Origin: Emiliania huxleyi CCMP1516
Lineage: Eukaryota
Direction: 5' to 3'
Assembly: GCF_000372725.1 (NCBI RefSeq)
Contig: NW_005201391.1
Span: forward strand, 174,736-238,735
DNA length: 64,000 nt
In this document: positions 35,690-44,954 of the stretch, in pieces
Layout of the letters: every line of letters begins with the position of its first letter
How positions within the stretch are numbered: position 1 is the stretch's first letter
Notes under the pieces: generated by a model
The model's database searches: none
Told to the model about the DNA's origin: nothing
The model's input: only the letters and a program-made list of their open reading frames with translations
Position numbers and translations under genes: made by a program

Positions 35690-37420
35690 TCAATGGTGAT
35701 GGTCGGGCCCGGCGCAGATCGGGTCGTCCTCCATAGGGACGCGTAAGTACGGCGGGCAGCACGCCGTGTCGCAGTTGACCATGCTCCTTTTGACAAGGAT
35801 GGAGTGCAGATGGCTCGTCGTCTCCGTTTCGGCCACGACCGTGAACAGCTGGTTGATCATAACGAAGAAGAGCCACTCGTCTGTCTCGGCCCGCACGTAG
35901 TAGAAGTTCTCCTCGAGCAGATCCGCCTCAGAGCTTGGCATATACTCCTCAGGAGGATGATCCGAGGTCCAGACCAGTCGCCCTTGAGCGCGGAAGAGAT
36001 CCTTTTCGGATTCCGTGCCTCGGTGACCGCGGGAAAACCGCAGGGTGTACGCGATCAGCTCCCACACCTCCCCGAAATCCTCCTCTTCCATCGTGCTCAT
36101 GTCCAGGTGCGGGTAGTCCTTGATGTTCTTGCCGCTCTTCAGCTCGAGGCCACCCCACCACGAGGTCGAGTTCCACATTTTTAGCGGGATGAACGATTGG
36201 TTGTTCAGAGGCCTGGCAGCCCCAAACACCAAGTGTACCGCCCTCGGAAACATGGAGAGGCCTGCAAAGCTTCTCCACGAAAGGTACTCGTGTCCACGGT
36301 CGTCGACGATGGGCTCGTCGTCGTGGCTGCGCACTACGGGCGGCGTGGTGCCGGGGACGACGAGCGGGTTGTGGCCGAGGAAAACGGGAAGGTCGTCCAC
36401 CGATCCGTCAGCCTTGAACCCATAGTTGATGTCCAAGTGGTGGCCAGAGAAGCGGAAGCCGAACGGGCCTTCGCCTACGAGATCTCCGTATACCGAGGCG
36501 AAGTCGAAGAAGTTGTTGCGAGCATGGATGTGCGGCTCTTTGAAAATGTTTCCGAGGCCGTATCGCCCCGTCTCCGTGTCGATGTTTGCCTTGTGCAACA
36601 AGCGCGGCTTCTCGTAGCAGCGCCAGAACGTGTAGTTAGGCGGCTCCGCAGCGCGGAGGTCGCCGCATTCGGTACGGTTGGCAGGAATCTTGTAGCCGCG
36701 GTCGGTGAGGTTCACAAGCCCCCGCTCAAGCTGTCCGCTCGCGTCCCTGAGCTCGTAGCAGTCACCCGGGCAGGAGTTCGCCCAGTCCTGCAGCTCGCCG
36801 AGCAGCAGGTTCGAGTGCATCTGCTTCAGCAGCAGGTTGTGAGCATCGTCCGACATTGCGAGATGGAGGGCAGTGTGGAGCGCTCGGACGGCTTTGGGAG
36901 GCATGTCCCCGATGCGACCCATGATGGGCGGGTCGAGGCACTGCTGCACGATGGTGCAGATGTGCCACTGCGGAAGCTGGAGGGAAGCGTTCGCAAAGTA
37001 GGTCTTGTTCAGCACATCCGGAACGTTTGCGAGTTCCTTTGTGAAGGTGCGGAGCGCTCCGCGGATGGCGGTCTTGTTGAGCTCGGGCGTCGGTGGCGAT
37101 GGGCAATCCGGCGGTGGTGGTGATGGTGGCGGCGGCGGCGACGGCAGCGGCGAGGTTTGCGGCGGAGGCGGCGACTGGAACGGGTGGCAGGCGCCACACT
37201 CTTCCGGAAACTCCTCCGCAACCTTTTCGCAAGCCTCCACCTCTGTCCGGCCGGTGTTGCTCTTCACCCAGTTCATGCGAGACTCGCACGATGAGAAGCC
37301 CTTGTAGTTGGCGGTCAGATCTCGGGCGAGCGTTTCGAGGACGGCGTCGGTGCAGCTGTCCACGCCACACCGAGCAGCCAGGACGTAGGGCAGTGAGACG
37401 AGAAGCACGACGCTTGCCAT
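35690..37420 (-). CDS. Secreted protein: Cys-rich N-terminal module, Pro linker, DUF3500-like domain
   Basis: Signal peptide; CGVDSCTDAVL..SCESRMNWV..EACEKVAEEFPEECGAC; FGFRFSGHHLDIN..PVFLGHNP and terminal HLHSI recall DUF3500 (WRFEGHH..P.F.G.NP..HIH); intronless. Confidence 0.65.
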   Translation of the reverse strand: MASVVLLVSLPYVLAARCGVDSCTDAVLETLARDLTANYKGFSSCESRMNWVKSNTGRTEVEACEKVAEEFPEECGACHPFQSPPPPQTSPLPSPPPPPSPPPPDCPSPPTPELNKTAIRGALRTFTKELANVPDVLNKTYFANASLQLPQWHICTIVQQCLDPPIMGRIGDMPPKAVRALHTALHLAMSDDAHNLLLKQMHSNLLLGELQDWANSCPGDCYELRDASGQLERGLVNLTDRGYKIPANRTECGDLRAAEPPNYTFWRCYEKPRLLHKANIDTETGRYGLGNIFKEPHIHARNNFFDFASVYGDLVGEGPFGFRFSGHHLDINYGFKADGSVDDLPVFLGHNPLVVPGTTPPVVRSHDDEPIVDDRGHEYLSWRSFAGLSMFPRAVHLVFGAARPLNNQSFIPLKMWNSTSWWGGLELKSGKNIKDYPHLDMSTMEEEDFGEVWELIAYTLRFSRGHRGTESEKDLFRAQGRLVWTSDHPPEEYMPSSEADLLEENFYYVRAETDEWLFFVMINQLFTVVAETETTSHLHSILVKRSMVNCDTACCPPYLRVPMEDDPICAGPDHHH

Positions 37421-38106
37421 GGCTGTCGGCAGCACGGCGACAGGTGGTGGTGAGACTCACCAAAAGCCGCAGCAATCAAGTTGGGGGGGCCGCAACCGAG
37501 CTCCATCGAGGTGCGATCCGCCTTTTCTTTACCGACCCTTTCTCTTTTCCCCCATTCCTCTTCTCCCTTTTTTCTACTTTCGCGCGCGACCGTCGCCGGC
37601 AAAACTGTCAGGGAACGCTACTTACTTACGGCTGTCTGTACAGATATGCCAGCACCCCCAGCAGCAGAGCTCTGCTGGGGGGGGGGGGGGCGAGACCCCA
37701 GCGGTTGCTTGCCGACGGTGATGCTCATCTTGGTGTCCCCAAAGTTGGCGTACGCGTCCAAGCCGACGTCCGCCAGAGAGCCGTCTGCTGCTTTTGTGCA
37801 TTGGCGATTGGGGGGGGGGGGGGGCGGGTCGCTCGCCTCGGGGAGTGGTGACGCACCCCAGGGGTGAGGGGACGGATTGAAGATCTCCCTCTTGATCACA
37901 GACCACACCAAGATCGTGCAGGGCGGGGACACACATGTCCACTAAATCCATCTCGTCTTGTGAGAGTTTGACCGTTTTTATATTTTATTTATCGGCTATG
38001 ATTTTGTTACCACCCACGCCCATAGCCATATACGCACGTATCTTAGCTAATGGAGTAAGGTACGCGGCCACTCGCGTCAGCGCTGAGATTACAAACCCAG
38101 CGACTC

Positions 38107-39873
38107 TCACGACGACGCGCCGATGCGGAAGAGCCGCTTCAGCAGGCCTCGCTTGCCGCCGGAGCCGCGCGCGCCCATCCCCTCCAGCGCGCCGCCCGCC
38201 ACGGAGAGCTCGCGCTCGGTGGGCGGCGCGCCGCTCTCGCGGCGCACCTCCCCGCTGTCGACCTGCTCGTACGTGCGCCCCATCTCGAGCTTGGTCGCGT
38301 CCTGCTCCTCGCCCGGAAGGCACTGCTGCAGCAGGTCGTACGCCGCGTCGACCGCCGCCTGGCATGGCACGCCCCCTCGGGTGGGCACGCTACGGCCCCA
38401 CCTCGAGCCACGGCCTCGCGCCTTTCCGGCTGAGGGAGGGTCCCGCCCGAGTGCAACCTGCGCGGCGTGTCCTGGGCGCGCTTTGGTTCTCCTCTCTCTC
38501 CCTCCCTCTCCCCTCCCCCTCTCTGATTTGCCGCCTCGGGCAGCGGCCCCGCCGCGTCAGCCGAAAGCCGCTCCAGCGCGGGCGAGAGCGAGCTTGGCGG
38601 CGGGTACCTAGAGGATGCAGGGCAGTCTTGACTCCGCGAGCTCCTTCTTCCGACGGTCGAGTGGCCTGCAGCCGCCCGTGCCCCGCCAGCGTGAATAGCT
38701 CGAACGTCTTGCCCGCCGCCGCCGCCTCACCGAGCACGCCGACAAGCGTCTCTGCCAAGTCGACGGCATTGCACCTGCCGTGAACAGCGTCAATCATGTG
38801 AGACACAGTTGTGAGAAACAGCGAGAGAGGGCAGAGGTCAGGGGTGCGACGTGCAGTGGGTTTGCAGCGGAGTCTGTCACAGAACGCGGCAGCAAAGCAA
38901 CTGCCGACGGCGACCGCGCGTCTCTCTCGCGCAGGGATCACAGAGCACACGCCACACCGCGGCGTGTTCCGTGCCTGCAGCTGGTAGCTGGGGCCGCAAG
39001 ACGGTCGTCGACGACACCGTATGCTGGAGCACGCAGGTGAAATTGAGTGGTTTCCGGCATCTCTCGCGCGCTGCACCGGCCGACGGCGACATCGCCCTGC
39101 GAGAGGAAGGGCCGGCCTTGCGGCCAGCCTTCAAACTTGAGGCCGGTCGGCCGCACCACGCAGTAGGGCACGCCGCTCTCGCGCAGCGCCTGCGGCGCGG
39201 GGCGCCAGGCTGGTGTGTGTGTGCGTGTGGTGGTGGTGGTGGTGATGGTGGTGGTGGTGGTGGTGTGGTGATGGTGGTAAGGGGGGCTCAGGGGCGCGCG
39301 CGGGGCTGGCACGGGCCGCCTGCTCCGCCTCGCACTTCTTGCCGAGGATGCCGCCCGGGTTCAGGCGGATGATGGGGATGTCGGAGCAGCCGATGAGCCG
39401 CGCCTACTCGAAGCGTTGGCGGCGTGGAGATTCTTGCTTGGAGTCTGCCGGCGCCGCCACGCACGCAGCTCCTTCTTGGCGTCGTCCCACGCCGGACGCG
39501 TCACGCCCGCGGAAGAGAGCATCACAACCGCCGGCGTCTCGCCTGTCGCAGCGATCGCACCTGGCACGAGCTCCTTCATGCCGCGCACGTCGATGAGCTC
39601 GCCGGCGTCGGTGAAGCCGGTGGCGCACCAGATCAGCTTGTCCGCGCCAGCACATGCCGTCCGCATCTCCTCCGCACCGGCCGTCGCCAGGTCCAGCTCG
39701 CGGCACGCAACCGCCGCCGGAAGCACCGAAGCCGCCTTGTCGCCGTCGCGAACCAGCGCCGTGACGGAGTGCCCGCTCTTTAGCAGGCTATCGACAACCA
39801 GCCGGCCGGTCCGGCCGGTTGCGCCGGTAACGGCGACGTTGTACGCCGCCGACGAGCAAAGGAGTGCCAGCAT
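38107..39873 (-). CDS. NAD(P)-binding Rossmann protein (atypical SDR, NAD_binding_10/Tic62-like), probably plastid-targeted
   Basis: VAVTGATGRTG, LSSAGVTRP, IPIIRLNPGGILGKK, LRESGVPYCVVRPTGL, SQGDVAVGR and GKTFE; spliced; short signal-like N-terminus. Confidence 0.85.
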
Positions 39874-40076
39874 GTAAGAAGACCGGGGCTGTTAGGCGCT
39901 TCCGCGGCTTGATGCGAAGTCGCTTGGAAATGCGACTTTTAGCGCACTCGAATAAAAAAGAAACAAAGCAAGCATGATGGGGAGGACGGCACGCCGCCAC
40001 CACACAGGGATTTCACTGGAAGGAAGGTGTGTTGCTAGCCGTCGCCCACCACCCTATATGGGAATATGGCGTCCGC

Positions 40077-40640
40077 CTCTTGAGCACTTGAGTGAGCACT
40101 TGATAGGGTCGATTCCGCATGGTACGGGACCCCTCGATCGTCTCGCCCTCCCTCACTGGTGTGTTCATTGGGGGGGGGTCATAACAATTCACGGTATAGG
40201 ATCGAGGTGCACGCGTCGCTGCCGAGCGAGGCAGTGTCGTCCCCCCTCTCCATCATCTTGAGCACTTGAGCACTGGATAGGGTCGGTTCCGCATGGTACG
40301 GGACCCCTCGATCGTCTCGCCCACCCTCACTGGTGTGTTCATTGGGGGGGGTCATAACAAACACGGTACAGGATCGAGGTGCACGCTGCCAAAGCAGTGT
40401 CGTCCCCCCTCTCCCCGACGGCGATGGCGGTGTGACCGATCGAGCTACAAGAGGAGCTTGTTCAGCAGGATCCGGGATAGTCTGATGCACTACCTCACTG
40501 GGCCTGAGACCATCAGCCAGCATCCCGTCACCGTCTCGGGTTTGTGTGGGATCGAACCACTCCGGGATGGGCAAGCCCATCGTTAAACCATCTGGTTAAT
40601 TGTCAGAATTCCTGTTGTGCAAGAGGGGAGGGGGCTCTGA
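40077..40640 (-). mobile_element. tRNA-derived SINE-like element, copy 1 (3' part tandemly duplicated)
   Basis: Minus strand carries A-box-like TAACCAGATGG and B-box GGTTCGATCCC (~40548-40600). Homologous to 44215-44511; ends in AGTGCTCAAG repeats; 40077-40255 is repeated at 40256-40415. Confidence 0.55.
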
Positions 40641-40809
40641 CGGAGTGCGTGGCGGGAGAGGGCAGGGAATGGGCGCGGGGGAGGGGGGGGGGGGGGGGGC
40701 TCAGCCGTGCAAAAAGCATCAATTAATAATAGTAAGGAGGACATGTTGCCCGGCCGTTCAAGAAGTCCGTCTCGATTTTCGTTTTTTCCCCACAGACCAC
40801 TCGGGCAAC

Positions 40810-43800
40810 TTTTATTTTTAGCAATACCAAACAACTCTAACACTCACACGTAATTTGGGGCCTGGAGCCCTGTTCACGCGCGCGCGAGACGTGCAGACAG
40901 GGTTGCCAGGTGAGAGCGAATGGCGCGGTTCACGCCTCGCACAACAGAGAGAGAGATGCGCTCTGCATGGTGGGACATAAAAGAGAGCGAGTACTTGGGC
41001 GAGTAGGCCGTGCGGTCGACGCTGCCGCGCGCGACTTTGCGCGCGAGGCGGCGCAGCTTGAGAACGGCGGTGGGCGAGAAGCCGCCGCCGAACGTCTCGT
41101 GGAGCAGCAGGTTGAAGTTGTTGCGCTTGACAAAGATCGCGTCGTGGTAGAAACCGCGATGCGCCTTGACGTAGCCGTGGCCGGTCTTGTGGTCGAAGGG
41201 TTGGCCGGGCTGCCCGCGCGCCTTGCAGCCCATGTTTAGGCGGCGGGCCTTTTCTTCGGTGTTGCCGAAGGCGTAGGAGTGGCCAACGGAGGCGGGCGTG
41301 CCGCCACTCGAGGCGTTGCCAACGCCCGGCGAGGAGGTCTTGAGGAGGGGCGTCCAGAGCTTGATTTCATTCACTTCATCGCATCCTCCCGGTCCCGCAT
41401 GGGGTTCCGCGAGGTCGACCTTGTACCCCTCGTTGTACTGCCGGGTGAGCTCTGGTTTCTCCTTGTCGCCGTGCACGACCGGCGCGTTGGCCGGGGCGCG
41501 CATCGCGTCCGCCCAGGCGGCGAGGACGCCGTCGTGGGGCCGCCGGTGGTGGGCCTTGTTGTAAAGGTAGTCGCCGAAGAAATCGACTGGCATGCCCCGC
41601 TCGAGCGCGACCCGAAGGGTGGGAAGCGCCGCGGAGAGCCAAAGGCCGAGCTTTCGCTGGAGCTCGTCTTGGAGGGTGTCGGAGGAGAGGGTAGTGGGGG
41701 AAATGGCTCAGTGTGCGAATAAATTTTTTCCGCCGCTCTTCTGGGCCGGTATGCACCAAAAGTGTTCGGTAGACCAGCCTCTCGGTACACGCCACGGCCC
41801 CGGGCTAGGCCCGATGCGTCCGCTACCACGCTCCAAACATGCGCACCGTCCTGCTGCAGGTCGCCATCAAGGAGCCGTCCTCGTCGTGTACGTCGTGCTG
41901 CCGTCGCGTGTACCGAGATGCCTCGCAACCGAGGCCTCGGCCGAACGGGCAAGAAGCATAAGAATTCAGCCAACGACAACATCCACAGGCAGCCCAAGGC
42001 GACCACCGAGCCCACGGTCGCCACCGAGGCGCCGGAGCCGCCCGCCGCGCCCGACACCTCGCCGAAAATGGAGGTCGAGCCGGCAGCGCCCGACGCGCAG
42101 GCGCTCGCGACAGGTGCGGCTGCTCGGCGACGTCGAGCGTGGTGCCCGACGGCTCAGGAGCCTTCTACCATAAACCACTACCACGGCTGCCACCGTCGGC
42201 GCCTTCGCTCGAGCTCTCCGAGGCCGCGTTCTGACCTCGTGCCGCGGCTGTTGTCGCTACAGCAGCGACGAGGGCCGCGGCAAGGGGTGCAGCGGCGACG
42301 GGGGGGGGGGAGAGGCGCGGCCAGCTACCGGGTCGTTGCCCCCGCCCACCGCGCCGGGCCCCTGCACCCGGAGGCGGCTTGCGGCAGCCTTCCTGTGTCT
42401 CCGTGCGACCCGCTTGGGTAGCCGGCCATGTGTGGCCCCCGCTGCCGGAAAAAATCCGGGGTTTAGCTGGCGTATCTCGGGCCCACTTTAGAGCTAGGGC
42501 ATGATCTTAGGTGTTCTGGATAGCCCACAAGGGTCTTCTTTGGCATGGTAGCGGTGGTTTTGCGCGAGGCGTTCATTCAAAAATCACCATTTCCCCCACT
42601 AGAGAGGGCGGTGGCGTACGTACCGTCGACACGGACATCGAAGGCCTTGCCGGCGAAAGGCGTTGAGGCGGAGACGAAGCGCGCGGCTTCGCGGTTGTTG
42701 ACGGCGCTGTCTCCGAGGGACGGGTTGTTCTTGACGTGCACATCCCGCGCCTTGACGAGCTCCTGGTGCGCGTACCAGTCCTTGTGATTCTTGATGGCAG
42801 CGAGCGCCCGCGGCCGCGGGTACGTGGATTTGCAAGTGCCATTGAGAATCGCGTCGGTAGCTGGAAGGGACTCGGGCTCGGGGAGCGGGACGCTCTTGGG
42901 GTAGAACTCAGTCAGGTAGCCGCCGCGGACGGTGTAGTACTTGTTTTTGTCGCGGGCGGCGCGCTTCTCGCACACCTCCTTCCCGTCCGAGAGGGCGGAC
43001 TCGTAGGTGGCGATAGCTGCGGCGATGGCGGGGTACTTGGACGCACCTCCCTCGTCGTGGGCGAGCGAGTGGCAGCCGAGACGCCACGGTTGTCAGCGTG
43101 GGTCAGGTTGGCGCCCGGTGTGCCCGGCGCCGCGTGCTGCAGTGCCTTGGCGATGGCGTCGGTGCACTCGGCCTTCGGCGTGATCTTCTCCTTGTGGGCT
43201 TTGTGCTGCGGGTCGTTGTGAGACGAGAGGTGGTTGAAGAACATGCTCGTCCCGTTGCCACCCGAGCCATCCGGAAGTTTGTTGGGGATGAGGCAGCAGA
43301 TCTGGGCGCAGCATCCGCACTTGGTGAGCCCACTGGAGGCGAGGTCCACGGGCGTGTAGTTGTGCGTCTTGAAGTGCGTGCAGAGCGACTTGGCTGTCTT
43401 GAAGTCTCGGGCGCAGATGGAGCAAGAGAAGGTCTGGCGAGGTGGGTTGGTGTTGGAGCTGCTGGCGGCTTGCGCCCCCCCCGCCTGCTCCGCCCCGTTC
43501 CCCTCCACGCTCTCTCCTCCGACGTCCTCGTCGGACGATTCCTCGTCGTCATCGTGGCCACTGTAAGGTGGCGGGGGCTTGCTCCCGTCGCGGCGCTTGA
43601 GGCGCTGGGAGATGGGCCTCTCATCCATGTCGGCGTCGCCCTCCGAGGTGGACTCACCCGTCGTGGTGTGTTCAACTTTTACGAAAGGCAAAGTTTTACT
43701 TGACCACTCGACCACTCGGGCAGCTTTTACGAAAGGCAAAGTTTTACTTGACCACTCGGGCAGATTCGATTGCATTTTACCACTCGGGCAAACTCGATGA

Positions 43801-44200
43801 AACGGGCGGACGGAAACGCGTTTGCGACGGCTCGCCGGAGAGCATGCATGGAGCGGCCGGTGCGCCGCCGCAGCTCACCGATGGAGCCTGCGTCGCGGCT
43901 CAATCCACTGACGTAGCAGCACTGCGACACACTCTCCAAGCCCGGCCTCTGGCGTTGCGATTGCACAGAGAGCGAGCAATAGGCGCCAAAAGCACAGATC
44001 TGTGTGCAGTGGATTTCCATGTAGGTCGCGCCCAGCGAGCGGACAACCGCGGGTCTCGGATGCTCTCCCGGACGCGAGCCCATCGCGCGAGTGGCGGACC
44101 CGGAGGCGGCCGGCCCAGCTCACCCCCAGAGAGGCCATGGCCAGGGTCAGGCACAAAAGGGGGGTGTTTTTCCGTCCGTCCAATGTTTTTCATCTCACCA
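40810..44200 (-). mobile_element. RLE-endonuclease (CRE/R2-group-like) non-LTR retrotransposon, RT domain deleted, interrupted by a DNA transposon
   Basis: N-terminal C2H2 finger FSCSICARDFKTAKSLCTHFKTH plus a second C..C/H..H cluster (42912-43775); post-RT segment (42602-42975); RLE-like C-terminus DFFGD..H...H..VD..EIK..ETFGG..RIS (40874-41684); A-rich 3' end at ~40810. No RT motifs. The 5' boundary is approximate. Confidence 0.75.
41692..42601. mobile_element. 910-bp non-autonomous TIR DNA transposon nested in the retroelement
   Basis: Perfect 15-bp TIR TAGTGGGGGAAATGG (41692-41706 / 42587-42601); 7-bp TSD GAGAGGG (41685-41691 / 42602-42608); removing it restores the host ORF in frame. 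Confidence 0.92.
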
Positions 44201-44214
44201 GTGAGACGTCGGCG

Positions 44215-44511
44215 GCGATGGCGGATTGGCGGTGTGACCGATCGAGCTACAAGAGGAGCTTGTTCAGCAGGATCCAGGACAGGTCTGACGCACTACCTCA
44301 CTGGGCCTGAGATCATCGAGACAGCGCCGCCCCGTACCCATGCGGAATCGGCCCTATCAAGTGCTCAAGTGCTCAAGACAGCGCCCGTCACCGTCTCGGG
44401 TTTGTGTGGAGTCGAACCACTCCGGGTCTCTCTCTCTCTCCGGGATGAGCGAGCTCATCGTTCATCTGATTAATTGTCAAAATTCCTGTTGTGCAAGAGG
44501 GGAGAGGGCTC
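44215..44511 (-). mobile_element. tRNA-derived SINE-like element, copy 2
   Basis: Colinear with ~40420-40638; B-box GGTTCGACTCC on the minus strand; contains an inverted ~50-bp piece of the family's own tail flanked by AGACAGCGCC direct repeats. Confidence 0.55.
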
Positions 44512-44954
44512 GGGCCTCGGCCGCCTCTTCCTATTCTCCCTTCGCAGTCCCTCGCCGATTCTCGCTGCAACCTTCATGCCACCTCGCATTACAAAAAAGA
44601 GAGAAAGAACACAGACAAACCAAACGGACCCTGTGTCCCCCTCCCCCATCCCTCGTTTGAGAGAGATTTTTATTAACCAACAAGAAATCACGACTCTCAC
44701 AGTGATTTGTTTGGTATTGCTAAAAATCGCATCGTGATTTGGGCTCGGCAGCGTTTGGGTTGGTCTGGTTTCTTTCTTTCTTTCTTCAGGGATGGGAGGA
44801 TTACAATCGTAGGAGGTAGAATTTGGCAAAACAACTCTTTTTCACAGCAGATAGGCTCGACACAGGTGCGGACTGGCGCGTGCTAGCACTCTCGGACCGC
44901 TTTCTTCATCTCGCCAGGACCCTGGCTGGAGAGCGCCACCTCGATACCCGGTCG

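Noticed and set aside
40540..40610. Functional tRNA gene
   Set aside because: A- and B-box-like motifs are present, but no complete cloverleaf or acceptor stem could be drawn. Treated as a SINE-like head.
43677..43790. Tandem TTTTACGAAAGGCAAAGTTTTACTTGACCACTCG copies as a CRISPR repeat
   Set aside because: Only two full copies with a very short gap and no cas genes. This is a local duplication in the retroelement 5' region.
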